A stretch of 64,000 nucleotides of DNA from Desulfobacterales bacterium (GCA_041736435.1 JBGSTS010000073.1:866-64865); one strand, 5' to 3'; numbered from the stretch's first letter, positions 50,137 to 60,113 are shown. A program made the numbers and translations. The notes: generated from the letters alone by a model not told the origin.

Positions 50137-50793
50137 TTACGCCTGTCCGGTCAGCACCATCGACACCCGCCGGTTGGCGGCGTTGTCGGAAGAGACCGGG
50201 CAGCATTCCCCCATGCCGATGGCGGTGATCCGCGCCGGATCGACTCCCCGCTGGATGAGTGCGGCCTGAACGGCATTGGCGCGGCGCTCGGAGAGTTGCA
50301 GGTTGTACTGCTCGCTTCCGGTCTGATCCGTGTGTCCTTCGATGCGAATCAGTGTCTGCGGGTACTGGTTGAGAACGTTGGCCACCCGGTCGAGCTCACT
50401 GTAACCTCCGATTTTGATCACTGCCGAGTTGACGTCGAAAAAAACGTCGCTCTTGAAGGTTGCCGTCAGCATCTGCTCGTTGTTGCGCTGGATGGTGGCA
50501 TTGTTCTGGGCAACGGTCGATGCCATGGCATTGCGCAAGTCCTGTTCCTGCTTGTCCATGTAAGCGCCGACCCGGTTGCCGAGCAAGCCCCCGATGGCGG
50601 CCCCCGCCGCCGCGCCGACCACCACTTTTTCCCTTTGGTTGTGTTTTCCGGTTGCCGCCCCGAGCACCCCGCCGAGCACCGCCCCCGTCGCCGCCCCGAC
50701 GGCGGTTCCAGTGCGCTCTTTTTCACCCATCGACTGGCAGCCGAACGCCGCCAGCACGGTCAGGATTGCTACCGTTTTAGAAATCCGTTTCAT
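50137..50793 (-). CDS. OmpA-family lipoprotein with glycine zipper (YiaD-like)
   Basis: Lipobox AFGC, GAATGAVLGG repeats, YMDKQEQDL, IEGHTD..G...YN..LSERRA, NRRV. Confidence 0.92.
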   Translation of the reverse strand: MKRISKTVAILTVLAAFGCQSMGEKERTGTAVGAATGAVLGGVLGAATGKHNQREKVVVGAAAGAAIGGLLGNRVGAYMDKQEQDLRNAMASTVAQNNATIQRNNEQMLTATFKSDVFFDVNSAVIKIGGYSELDRVANVLNQYPQTLIRIEGHTDQTGSEQYNLQLSERRANAVQAALIQRGVDPARITAIGMGECCPVSSDNAANRRVSMVLTGQA

Positions 50794-51042
50794 CGTGTTG
50801 CCTCCCGTGTCCCTGTTGGAAAAGATGCCGACGCTGCTCTCAACGAGCCGCCTGCGACTATGGTAACCTGCAAAACGGAGTCGATCCGAACCCGAACGGC
50901 CCGGAGTCGCCCCGGCAGTGAGAAATTGATTGCTGAATAAGACGCCATAAAAGAAAATAAAGTTTACGCCACCGTCGACGTGTCGGCGTCTTTCTTAAAG
51001 CCGCCCCGCCTTGCCTGAAAACATGCTGGCGCGCAAACGGCC

Positions 51043-51807
51043 TCACCGACTGCCTGCAAGCCGCCGGGCGAATTGCCGCAAGGCGCTCAGGATACGCGCT
51101 CCGGCACCGGGGCCGGATGGGGGGCAGGAACTGTTCTGAAGCGGTCTTGGGCCATGGCCAGGCGGATCCGGACGGGTGCGGGTCAACTCTTCTGAAAGCT
51201 CAGCCAGGCGGTGCTGCAATTCCGCCGGAGCGAAGTGAATGGATTGGCTCAGGCTTAGAACCAGTGAGACGGCATGGTTGATGTGCCCCCGCTGCTGGAA
51301 GGTTTCGGCGATGGCTACCTGCAGCGACACCCCTGCAACGGGATCCCCGCACACCTCCAACGCCAACCGGGCGGCAGCTGAGGCCACGTTCTCCGGCGTG
51401 TGCAAATGCCCCAGGCAACTTGCCAGGAGGCCACTCATTCGGTCGACCGGGACCCCGTTGCGAATGAGGGCCTTGCACTCCAGGAGCGCATCGGCGTAAC
51501 GACCCACCTCGTGGAAGGAGCTGGCGCTGACGATCCTATCCTCGGTCGTCGCGTCCTCACTCCAGCCCTGCCGGATGAGGGCGATCTGATCGTCCGAAAG
51601 TCTTGCACATTCGTCGACGGAGTTGCATTGGATTTCGATTTTGATTTTTTGAATCTGATCCCGGATGGCTGCCTGCGTTTTCGCCGGCAGGCCGGGCGCC
51701 GATTCGAGCAGGTTCTCGTAGACTCTCAAGGATTCCCGGGGCAAGCCTTGAGAGCGATAGATATCCGCTTCCTTGCGTAACAGTGCATAAGTGATTTTGC
51801 CCGGCAT
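51043..51807 (-). CDS. Hypothetical protein (TPR-like helices)
   Basis: 254-aa ORF; KEADIYRSQGL and helical repeats. Confidence 0.6.
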   Translation of the reverse strand: MPGKITYALLRKEADIYRSQGLPRESLRVYENLLESAPGLPAKTQAAIRDQIQKIKIEIQCNSVDECARLSDDQIALIRQGWSEDATTEDRIVSASSFHEVGRYADALLECKALIRNGVPVDRMSGLLASCLGHLHTPENVASAAARLALEVCGDPVAGVSLQVAIAETFQQRGHINHAVSLVLSLSQSIHFAPAELQHRLAELSEELTRTRPDPPGHGPRPLQNSSCPPSGPGAGARILSALRQFARRLAGSR

Positions 51808-51938
51808 TGCTGGGAACCTGCTTTAGTTGATTTAAACACCAGCGGACAGATGGACAACCGTTTGGGTTTAAGAAAAGAGTATACCATGCGGTCGTTGAAA
51901 ACCCTAAAAAAAACGATACGCCGGCCGCCGTGAAGCGG

Positions 51939-52823
51939 TTATCGGTTTTGTTTCAACGCGTCAATGATGCGTGCCAGGTAGTCTTCCGCCAAGCCGGCGG
52001 GAAACCGCACGGAGGCCGCACCGCGGTGGCCGCCGCCCCCGAAGGCCGCCAGCAGCTTGCCGACATGCACCTTGCAGCCCGGAGTGAAGATACTGTGGCC
52101 GATGTTGACGACCACGGTGTCCGTGCTGCCCGTCTCGTATCGGATTCGGATGTTGACAACCGCATCCGGAAAAAGGCTGTAGGCCAGAAATCGGTTCCCC
52201 GACGGTGCATTTGCGAGCGGTCGCAGATCGGTGATGGAGACATGCCGCACCCTGCGCGTGCAGGTTTTCAGAATTTCGGCATAGCGTGCGTTCTGTTCAA
52301 CCACCTGGTGGCATCGTTCTACTACTTCGGCGTCCGCCAGGACCGCTTGAACCGTAACCCGGCCCAGCAGCCGCAACAGGCGGTTCCAGTAAGGCTCGTC
52401 GCGCCGGTCCTCACCGGACACCGTCATCGACAGGAGCACATAGTCGTACTTTTCTGGATTCACCACCATATCACGGGTGATGTCGGCCGAATCGATGCGG
52501 TCGGCCCATTCGACCATTTCGGTAAAATCACGGGTCAGGCGATGCTTGAAAAAATCGTAAACGTTGCGAGCCGCCGAGGGGGTGATCCGGAAGAGTCCGT
52601 TGAAAGGCACTTCAACGACGTTGGTCGCGTGGTGATCGAACCACAGATCGCAGCGCGGATGAAAGGGCAGATTGGCAATGACATCGCCCGGCCGGATGTC
52701 GGCGGTCCTCTTCTGGAAATCGTTCGGTTCGAGCCACGCCACGGGCTGGCCGATCGCTACGGCATCCGCGATCAGGACTGCACAGACAACCCCATCGAAG
52801 TCCGGCCTGGTCACAATTCGCAT
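51939..52823 (-). CDS. DHH-family phosphoesterase (exopolyphosphatase-like / nanoRNase-like)
   Basis: IVTRPDFDG, WFDHH, GHSIF, GGGGHRGAA. Confidence 0.88.
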   Translation of the reverse strand: MRIVTRPDFDGVVCAVLIADAVAIGQPVAWLEPNDFQKRTADIRPGDVIANLPFHPRCDLWFDHHATNVVEVPFNGLFRITPSAARNVYDFFKHRLTRDFTEMVEWADRIDSADITRDMVVNPEKYDYVLLSMTVSGEDRRDEPYWNRLLRLLGRVTVQAVLADAEVVERCHQVVEQNARYAEILKTCTRRVRHVSITDLRPLANAPSGNRFLAYSLFPDAVVNIRIRYETGSTDTVVVNIGHSIFTPGCKVHVGKLLAAFGGGGHRGAASVRFPAGLAEDYLARIIDALKQNR

Positions 52824-52855
52824 GGAAGGACCTCTCAGCGTGACCGGCTCCACCC

Positions 52856-53233
52856 CTATTGGCCGCAAATGAGTGAAACCTCAACACGTACATCCCGCGG
52901 CAGGCGTGCCACTTCAACGGTTTCCCGCGCCGGCGGGGTTTCTTTGAAGTAAGCGCTATAGACCGCGTTGAACTGAGCGAACTCGCCCATGTCCTTGATG
53001 AAACAGGTGGCCTTGAGCGCGTCGTCCAGCCCCATACCGGCCGCCGTGACGATGGCGGTCAAGTTCTCCATGACCTGGCGGGTCTGGGTTTCGATGTCAC
53101 CTTGAACCAGCGTTCCGCTTGTGGGATCGATGGCGATCTGCCCCGAGACGAACAACAGATTCCCAAGGCGAACGGCCTGCGAGTAGGGCCCGATGGCCTG
53201 GGGGGCATTGGCGGTTGCAACGATGGTTTTCAT
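52856..53233 (-). CDS. ridA: RidA family enamine/imine deaminase
   Basis: APQAIGPYSQA, FVSGQI, PARETVEVARLP..VEV. Confidence 0.93.
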   Translation of the reverse strand: MKTIVATANAPQAIGPYSQAVRLGNLLFVSGQIAIDPTSGTLVQGDIETQTRQVMENLTAIVTAAGMGLDDALKATCFIKDMGEFAQFNAVYSAYFKETPPARETVEVARLPRDVRVEVSLICGQ

Positions 53234-53457
53234 GATTCTTCTCCTTTCGGTTTCGAATGCCGATCACGGCGGTGGTAGGGTGAGATACGCTGCCCGCTGC
53301 CCGGCCCGCTCTTCCTCGCTTCGGCCGGCCTGCGCGTTACCGGTGAACCGGCAGGGCTCGCTCGGCTTCGGGACTCATCTCTTTTTAGCCTTGGGCCCTT
53401 TAGGCCCCGAAAACCGCCTCGTCCGGAGCGCAGGGGCCCACTCCGGCCGCCTGACAC

Positions 53458-53498
53458 GACAGCCGCCGGGCCACGCAAAAACGGGGCCGGCGGCTGTC
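53458..53498 (-). terminator. Stem-loop downstream of etfA
   Basis: GACAGCCGCCGG / CCGGCGGCTGTC 12-bp inverted repeat; no U tract. Confidence 0.4.
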
Positions 53499-53519
53499 TG
53501 GTATCCCTGCGGAAGATGG

Positions 53520-54494
53520 CTATTTGCTCTCGTTGATCTTTTCCGTCAGCGACGGGACGAACTCCAGCACATCGGCCACGACCCCCACGTTGGCCACTTG
53601 AAAGATGGGTGCTTTGGAGTTCTTGTTGACGGCCACGATGAAGGGGTTTCCCTTGAGGCCCCCCATGTGCTGAAACGAGCCGCTGATGCCAAGCGCCAGG
53701 TACACCTTGGGTTTGACCGTCTTGCCCGAGGTCCCGACCTGGCGGGCTTTCTCCAGCCATTTGGCATCCACGATCGGCCGCGAGCAGGAGACCACCGCAC
53801 CCATCGCCTGCGCAAGTTCCTCGGCCACCGGCAGGTTCTCCTTGTCGCCGAAGCCTCGTCCGACCGAGACGAGAACATCCTCCTTGGTGATGTCCACGTC
53901 GCCGACCTCCGCCTGCAGCACCTCGACGAAGCGCCGCCGCGCCGTGAGCTCACCGACCTCGGCGGACTTGTCGACCACCTGGCCGCCCGCGGACCGGGAC
54001 TCCTCCGGCGGGAAGCAGCCGGAGCGCACGCTGATCACGGCTCCGCCGGAGATGTCGCCCTGCAGATGGGTGCTGGCCTGGCCGTTGAATTCCTGGCGCA
54101 CCACCTTGAGAGTCGCACCCTCGAGCCCGTCGATCCCGACCACGTCGGGCAGATAGGTCGCATCCAGTTTGACCGAAAGACCGGGCCCCAGGTCCATCCC
54201 GAAAGTGGTGTGCGGCAGCAGGAGCACAGCGCCCTTGGGCAGGACCTTTTGCAGGAGCGGCCGGATGAGCTCGGCATTCGGGTAGGCCAGGGCGTCATGG
54301 GCAAATTTCCAGACCTGCGGGTAGGAGCCTGCCGCCTCGGCACACACGGCGTCAAGACCGGCACCCGAGCCGGTCACGATGGCCACGGGAGCGGCATCCG
54401 GCATAAGTTGCTTTGCAGCGCTGACAAGCTCGATGGCCGAGTCGTCCGCCTTCCCGTCCTTGTGCAGTATGTAAGCAAAAACCTGAGCGGCCAT
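53520..54494 (-). CDS. etfA: Electron transfer flavoprotein alpha subunit
   Basis: VSVGRG, SCSRPIVD, QVGTSGKTVKP, GISGSFQHMGG, APIF. Confidence 0.95.
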   Translation of the reverse strand: MAAQVFAYILHKDGKADDSAIELVSAAKQLMPDAAPVAIVTGSGAGLDAVCAEAAGSYPQVWKFAHDALAYPNAELIRPLLQKVLPKGAVLLLPHTTFGMDLGPGLSVKLDATYLPDVVGIDGLEGATLKVVRQEFNGQASTHLQGDISGGAVISVRSGCFPPEESRSAGGQVVDKSAEVGELTARRRFVEVLQAEVGDVDITKEDVLVSVGRGFGDKENLPVAEELAQAMGAVVSCSRPIVDAKWLEKARQVGTSGKTVKPKVYLALGISGSFQHMGGLKGNPFIVAVNKNSKAPIFQVANVGVVADVLEFVPSLTEKINESK

Positions 54495-55288
54495 TACTTG
54501 ATACCTCCTTTGGCTTTCAGCAGATCGACCAGCTTGGCTGTAATCTCATCGGTGCTGCCTTGCAGGATCTCGGCGCCGGCGCCCGCCGGCGGCACGAAAT
54601 AGTCTGCGCGCTTCACCCGCGCCCCGGCCCGGCCCACGTCGGCGGCATTCAGCCCTAAATCGGCGGCCTTCAAAACCGGTATCTCCACCGAGGCGACCTT
54701 GCGGATGCCGCGGATCCCCACATAGCGCGGTTCGTTGATGCCGGTCTGGATGGAGAGCACGCAGGGTGTCTGAATGTCGCTGAGCTCCTGGTTTCCACCC
54801 TCGATCTCCCGACCGACCCGGAGCATCCCGCCGTCCTGGACCTCGATCTTGTTCACGAGCGACGCGTAGGGCCAGTCCAGCAGGGCGGCTACCATGCCGC
54901 CGACCTGGGCCGCGCCGTCGTCGGCCTGGGCGCCCGTCAACACCAGATCGTACTTGCCCTTGCGCACCGCAGCGGCCAGAACGGCGGCAATGCCGCGGCC
55001 ATCGGACCCCTCGAAGGCCGGGTCTGTGAGCAGCAGCCCGTTGGCGGCGCCCATGGCCATCTCGCGCCGCACGACCTCCTCGGCATCCGGGTTGCCGATG
55101 GAGGCCACGGTGACGGACCCGCCGACGCGGTCCACGATCTGGATCGCCTCCTCCACGGCGTAGTTGTCCCACTCGTTCACAGAGTACACCAAATCTTCAC
55201 GCTTGATGTCCGAGCCGTCGGCCTTGACCTCGATCTCGTTCTCGGCGGAGTCGGGCACGCGCTTGACACACACCAAAATCTCCATCAT
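54494..55288 (-). CDS. etfB: Electron transfer flavoprotein beta subunit
   Basis: ILVCVKRVPD, NEWDNYAVEEA, GAQADD, NEPRY. Confidence 0.95.
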   Translation of the reverse strand: MMEILVCVKRVPDSAENEIEVKADGSDIKREDLVYSVNEWDNYAVEEAIQIVDRVGGSVTVASIGNPDAEEVVRREMAMGAANGLLLTDPAFEGSDGRGIAAVLAAAVRKGKYDLVLTGAQADDGAAQVGGMVAALLDWPYASLVNKIEVQDGGMLRVGREIEGGNQELSDIQTPCVLSIQTGINEPRYVGIRGIRKVASVEIPVLKAADLGLNAADVGRAGARVKRADYFVPPAGAGAEILQGSTDEITAKLVDLLKAKGGIK

Positions 55289-55321
55289 GTCCCTCCCTTG
55301 ATTGGAGTAGTTGTGAAACCA

Positions 55322-57388
55322 TCATCGCTGAATGTGGCGGTCGATCAATTCGCACAGGTCAACGGCTTCCATCCGGCCCTCAAGCCCCGCCACCTTGATG
55401 GCGTCTTCGATGTTGACCAGGCAGAAGGGGCAGGCCGTAACGATGACGTCGGCGCCGGCCGCCTGCGCCATCTGCACCCGTACCACCCCCATGCGCTGCT
55501 CCTCTTCGGGTTCGTAAAAGAGCATGAGCCCACCGCCGCCGCAGCAGAAGGAACGGTCGCGGCAGTCCCCGGCCATCTCGGTTCGCCGCAGGCCGGGGAT
55601 GGCGTCGATGACGCGGCGCGGAAGGTCGTAAAGCGCATTGTGCCGGCCGAGGTAGCAGGGGTCGTGATAGACGTAGGTCTTGGAGCCGTTTTCTCCGGGG
55701 GTCAAGGTCAGGCGCCCGCGTTGCACTGCCTCGGCCACCACCTCGCTGATGTGCGCGACCGGCGGCAGGCCGGCGTAATCTTTCTTGAGCGCGTTGTAGG
55801 CGTGCGGGTCGGCGGTGACGATGCGCTTGACGCCGGCGGCCTGGATCGCTTCGGTGTTGTGGTCCTTCAGGCTTTGGAAGAGCATCTCCTCGCCGAAGCG
55901 CCGGACCTCGTGGCCGCTGTCCTTCTCCTCCGGGCCCAGGATGCCGAAATCCACCCCGGCCGCGCACAGGATCCGGGCCGTGGCCTGGGCGATCTTCTGC
56001 ATGCGGTCGTCATAGGAGGTGATGCTGTCGACGAAGTAAAGCGTCTCCGCCGCCTCGCCCTTTTCGAGGCGCTTGACCACACACCCATCGCCCGCTCCCG
56101 CCACCCAGTCGGCCCGCTTCTTCTCCAGCTTTCCCCAGGGGTTGCCCCGCTTTTCGATGGCGCTGAGCGGCTTCTGCAGGGACTGGGGCACCATGCCCTC
56201 GTCCACCATGCCGCGGCGCAAATCCACCATCTTGTCGATGTACTCGATAGCCACCGGGCACTCCTCCTCGCAGGCGCCGCAGGTGGTGCAGGACCAAATC
56301 TCGTCCTCGCTGTAGATGCCGCCGATCAGCGGCTTGCTTTCCGCAGCGGCACCGTGCAGGGGGTAGCGCGCGAAGGCGTAATCCCGCGCCTTGATCGAAA
56401 TGAAGCGCGGCGAGAGCGGACGCTTGACGCGGTTGGCCGGGCAGCGGTCCGAACAGCGGCCGCAATCGGCGCAGCTGTAGAAGTCCAGCATGTGCTTCCA
56501 GGTGAAGTCCTCGAAGGTCTTGACGCCGAAGGATTTCAGCTCGTCCAGGCGGCTGTCGGGCACACCGTGGCGCACGGGCTTGACGTTGCCCCGGTCCAGG
56601 CGCATGAAAAACACGTTGAAGAGCGAGGTGATCACGTGGAAGTGCTTTCCCAGCGGCAGAAAGCACAAGAAAAAGAAGAAAGTGAGGTCGTGCACGGTGT
56701 AGGCGGCCAGGTGCAGCCCCTGCAGGGGACCGACGGCAACGCCGGTGAGCAGGTGGCGAATGACCCAGACGAGGGTGAGGGGCGGTGCGACCTCGGCAGG
56801 CTGACCTCGGGTGAGTTGCGCGGCCATGAGCGTGGCGTCGAATAGCGCCTCGCTGACCAGCAGGGTCGCGATCAGCCCAAGGACGAGCAGCGCCTCGGGC
56901 GTGTGGCCTTTGCCGTAAGCTTCCGGGACGGCGTAGCGCGCCGGCGCGAAGGCGGCACGCCGAACGGCCAGTATGACCACGCTGACGAACACCGCCGTGC
57001 CGGCGTAATCCTTGAGGACATGGTAGATCGCACCGAAGCTCCCGCCGAAGCCCGGCAGCGTAAAGCCGTCCACGACCCCCAGCACCACCAGTTGGGTCGA
57101 ACGGGCGCCGAGGATCAAAAAGCCGAAGAAAACGACGATGTGCAGCACGCCGGCCAGCAAGTAGCGCGGCTGGCGCCACTGGGCGAGCCAGATCTTGAGC
57201 ACCGCCTGGATGCGCTCGGGGATGCGCTGAAAGCGGTTGTCCGGAGCGGCCCGAAGCAGGGGCGCGATCCGCCGGCTCATGATCCAGGCGAAGGCCCCGA
57301 TGCCGACCAGCGGAATCAGGATGAAGATCAGCCGGGCGGGGATCCCGGCCAACACGGCGGATGCAGGGGAAACCAACGCAGGTTCCAT
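55322..57388 (-). CDS. Membrane-bound FeS oxidoreductase (ETF:quinone oxidoreductase EMO / HdrF-like)
   Basis: N-terminal TM domain with His residues, CADCGRCSDRCP, CTTCGACEEECP, CCG domain (HDPCYLGR, CCGGGG, TACPFC); directly upstream of etfBA. Confidence 0.9.
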   Translation of the reverse strand: MEPALVSPASAVLAGIPARLIFILIPLVGIGAFAWIMSRRIAPLLRAAPDNRFQRIPERIQAVLKIWLAQWRQPRYLLAGVLHIVVFFGFLILGARSTQLVVLGVVDGFTLPGFGGSFGAIYHVLKDYAGTAVFVSVVILAVRRAAFAPARYAVPEAYGKGHTPEALLVLGLIATLLVSEALFDATLMAAQLTRGQPAEVAPPLTLVWVIRHLLTGVAVGPLQGLHLAAYTVHDLTFFFFLCFLPLGKHFHVITSLFNVFFMRLDRGNVKPVRHGVPDSRLDELKSFGVKTFEDFTWKHMLDFYSCADCGRCSDRCPANRVKRPLSPRFISIKARDYAFARYPLHGAAAESKPLIGGIYSEDEIWSCTTCGACEEECPVAIEYIDKMVDLRRGMVDEGMVPQSLQKPLSAIEKRGNPWGKLEKKRADWVAGAGDGCVVKRLEKGEAAETLYFVDSITSYDDRMQKIAQATARILCAAGVDFGILGPEEKDSGHEVRRFGEEMLFQSLKDHNTEAIQAAGVKRIVTADPHAYNALKKDYAGLPPVAHISEVVAEAVQRGRLTLTPGENGSKTYVYHDPCYLGRHNALYDLPRRVIDAIPGLRRTEMAGDCRDRSFCCGGGGLMLFYEPEEEQRMGVVRVQMAQAAGADVIVTACPFCLVNIEDAIKVAGLEGRMEAVDLCELIDRHIQR

Positions 57389-57434
57389 GGTCAGCCTTTC
57401 TAACCCCCGCCGGCCGGCTGGGGCGGCGGCGGCA

Positions 57435-57520
57435 GGGGCCGAGGATTCAAGGGGCCAAGGGTTCGAGTGAAGAAGAGATCCGCACCTTTACTCTTTCACC
57501 GTTGCCCCATGCGCCCCTGG
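57435..57520. repeat. Tandem octamer array (same family as 49975) with degenerate inverted partner
   Basis: GGGGCCGA GGATTCAA GGGGCCAA GGGTTCGA GTGA at 57435-57470; weak inverse starting TTCAC near 57495. Confidence 0.65.
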
Positions 57521-57608
57521 GGTGGTCCTATTCAAACGCACATGCTCTTTCAAAGGCGAGAGGTTTTATACCATGAGCGACGGTTCCGCACAACTTGCTT
57601 CCCCCCGC

Positions 57609-57640
57609 TTAGATTCCATCCGGCAACGGATGGAATCTAA
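57609..57640. other. Perfect 14-bp hairpin just after the acyl-CoA dehydrogenase stop
   Basis: TTAGATTCCATCCG-GCAA-CGGATGGAATCTAA. Confidence 0.75.
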
Positions 57641-57646
57641 TGGAAG

Positions 57647-59464
57647 CTATTTGCCTCCGAAGGCATCTTCGGGGATGTCCACGGCCGAGCCGTCGGCCGC
57701 CAGAATCGCCCGCATCTTGCCCTGCGTGATCGGCAGCAGGGTGTGGCCGAAGAACTCGGCACTTTTGATCTGGCCTTCGTAGAACATTCGATCCTTTTCC
57801 TTGGCCCCGGCCGCCAGCTTCTCGGCGGCAACGCGGCCGCGCCACAGGAGCATCCACCCCATGACCACATCCCCGCAGACCTCCAGAAACGGATGGGCAA
57901 AGGCGAAGGCCGTGAGCACCTTCTCGGACATGGCGGCGGCTCCCATGTGCATGGCCACTTCGCCCAGCTTGTTGACGGCCGACTCCACCTTGGCAGCCAC
58001 CTCCGCTGTGCGCGGCTGAGCCTTGGCAGCGGCCAGCTCGGCCTGGATCTCTCCCAGCAGGTCCATAACCGGCTTGCCCTTGTTCAAGCCGAGCTTGCGG
58101 CCCAGCAGGTCCATGGCCTGAATGCCGTTGGTGCCCTCGTAGATCGGCGTGATCCGGCAATCGCGCAAAAGCTGTTCCACCGGGTATTCACGGATGTACC
58201 CGTAGCCGCCGTAGACCTGGATGCCCAGGTTGCAGACGTCCAGGCACCGGTCCGTCACGTAGCCTTTGGCGATGGGGATGAGAAAATCGATGATCCCCTG
58301 GCATTTGGCGCGGCTGCCGGCATCGGCAGTGATGTGCATCCGGTCTTCGCAGCGGCCGACGTAGTAGAGCAGGCTGCGGGCCCCCTCGACGTACACCTTC
58401 ATGGTCATGAGCATGCGGCGAACGTCCGGGTGCTGGATGATGGGAACCGACGGGGCGTTCTTGTCGAAGGTCTTGAGCAGGTGACGCCCCTGGAACCGCT
58501 CGCGGGCGTAGTTGAGCGCGTAAAGATAGGCCGGGCTGGCGCACCCCAGCCCCTGGGCCCCGACCAAGAGCCTGGCCTCGTTCATCATGAGAAACATGGC
58601 CCGCATGCCTTTGTTTTCCTCCCCGAGCAGGCTGCCGCGGCATTTGCCCTTGCCGCCCAGCGCCAGGGAGCAGGTGGCATTGCCGTGAATGCCCATCTTC
58701 TCCTCGATCCCGGTGCAGACGACATCGTTGGGCTCGCCCAGGCTGCCGTCGTCGTTCACCCAGATCTTGGGGACCAGGAAAAGCGAGATCCCGGAGGTCC
58801 CGGCCGGGGCCCCCTCGATGCGGGCCAGCACCGGATGGATGATGTTTTCGGCCAGGTCGTGCTCACCGGAGGAGATAAAGATCTTATTGCCGGTGATGGC
58901 ATAGGTGCCGTCGGGGTTCTTGACGGCCGAGGTGGTCAGGGCGCCCACGTCGGAGCCGGCCTCCGGTTCGGTGAGCAGCATCGTGCCGGTCCATTGCCCG
59001 GTGTACATCTTCTTCAAAAAAAGCCGCTTCTGCGCGTCGGTGCCGAAGGTTTCCACCAGTTTGCCGGCGCCGTGGGTCAGCCCGGGGTACATCATGAATG
59101 CGAAGTTGGCCCCGTTCAGGTAATCGGCCGCCGCCATGGCCACCGTGCGCGGCATGCCCTGCCCGCCCCACTCGACCGGCTCGGTCATGGCCAGCCACTC
59201 GCCTTCTTTAAAAGTCTTCCAGGTCTTGTGGAAGGACTCGGGCACGGTCACCCGTCCGTTGTCGAAGAGGCACCCCTGACGGTCCCCGTCCACACGGGTG
59301 GGCAGGATCTCTTTCACGGCCAGATTGCGGGCCTCCGACACGATCAGTTCGACCGCCTTGCGGTTGAACTCTGCAAAATGCTCGTGTTTCGACAGCTCCT
59401 CCACGTTCAACTGCTCGTGGAGAACGAAATCAATGTCCCTTCGATCCGCAATGACCTGTGCCAT
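57647..59464 (-). CDS. Acyl-CoA dehydrogenase (long FadE5-like type)
   Basis: WTGTMLLTEPEAGSD, GNKIFISSG, EEKMGIHG, HPDVRRML, YGGYGY, IYEGTNGIQAMDL; GGAGG RBS before ATG at 59464. Confidence 0.93.
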   Translation of the reverse strand: MAQVIADRRDIDFVLHEQLNVEELSKHEHFAEFNRKAVELIVSEARNLAVKEILPTRVDGDRQGCLFDNGRVTVPESFHKTWKTFKEGEWLAMTEPVEWGGQGMPRTVAMAAADYLNGANFAFMMYPGLTHGAGKLVETFGTDAQKRLFLKKMYTGQWTGTMLLTEPEAGSDVGALTTSAVKNPDGTYAITGNKIFISSGEHDLAENIIHPVLARIEGAPAGTSGISLFLVPKIWVNDDGSLGEPNDVVCTGIEEKMGIHGNATCSLALGGKGKCRGSLLGEENKGMRAMFLMMNEARLLVGAQGLGCASPAYLYALNYARERFQGRHLLKTFDKNAPSVPIIQHPDVRRMLMTMKVYVEGARSLLYYVGRCEDRMHITADAGSRAKCQGIIDFLIPIAKGYVTDRCLDVCNLGIQVYGGYGYIREYPVEQLLRDCRITPIYEGTNGIQAMDLLGRKLGLNKGKPVMDLLGEIQAELAAAKAQPRTAEVAAKVESAVNKLGEVAMHMGAAAMSEKVLTAFAFAHPFLEVCGDVVMGWMLLWRGRVAAEKLAAGAKEKDRMFYEGQIKSAEFFGHTLLPITQGKMRAILAADGSAVDIPEDAFGGK

Positions 59465-59480
59465 GTTCCCTCCTGATTTG

Positions 59481-60113
59481 TTATGGAATGATATCGTCTG
59501 CTTTCGATGAGAGGCCGCCAGCGCCAATGCCCCGGATGAGCAAGTCCACCAGTGGTTCCGACATGGAGACGAGGTCATAGTTGCGCCCCGAGTGCAGCCA
59601 TGTGCCGATCACTTCCCCCACCGCCCCGAGAATGAACCGCTTGACCAAACCGACATAAAGGTCCTTGCGGATGATGCCCTCACGCTGGCCCTGCTCGATG
59701 ATCTCGGCGATGATGTCCTGGTACATCTTGGCCATCTCGCGGATCTGGCGCTCAACGAGCCGGCGGCTCTGATGGGTCTCCACCTGGTAGACCACGGCCA
59801 TCTCGGGCTCGCCCTGAAACTCCGTCAGGTGAACGCGGACAAGGTTGCGCAGCTTTTCCACGCTGTTGTCCGCCCGGGTCACCTCCTGCCGGAACCGTTC
59901 GAAAACCTGGCGGGCCTTGTACTCGAAAAACTGAACCAGGATGTCGTCTTTGTTCTTGAAGTAACGATAGATGGTCCCGTCGGCGACCCCGGCCTCGCGG
60001 GCGATTTGGGAGATGGTGGATTGGCGGAAACCGTTTTCAGCGAAGACCTTGACAGCCGCCCCAAGGATTTTGTCGTATTTCGAATTTTTTTCTTTTGATC
60101 CCTGACTTTCCAT
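59481..60113 (-). CDS. TetR-family fatty-acid metabolism repressor (FadR/YsiA-like)
   Basis: ILGAAVKVFAENGF, IAREAGVADGTIYRYFKNKDDIL; heads an acyl-CoA dehydrogenase-EMO-etf operon. Confidence 0.9.
   Translation of the reverse strand: MESQGSKEKNSKYDKILGAAVKVFAENGFRQSTISQIAREAGVADGTIYRYFKNKDDILVQFFEYKARQVFERFRQEVTRADNSVEKLRNLVRVHLTEFQGEPEMAVVYQVETHQSRRLVERQIREMAKMYQDIIAEIIEQGQREGIIRKDLYVGLVKRFILGAVGEVIGTWLHSGRNYDLVSMSEPLVDLLIRGIGAGGLSSKADDIIP

Noticed and set aside
50820-51040. Possible riboswitch upstream of the OmpA-family gene (AAGACGCC / GGCGTCTT inverted repeat)
   Set aside because: No recognisable aptamer core such as the c-di-GMP GEMM motif.
53385-53410. TAGCCTTGGGCCCTTTAGGCCCC, resembling a third octamer array
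   Set aside because: Only two or three irregular units, period not maintained, no inverted partner.
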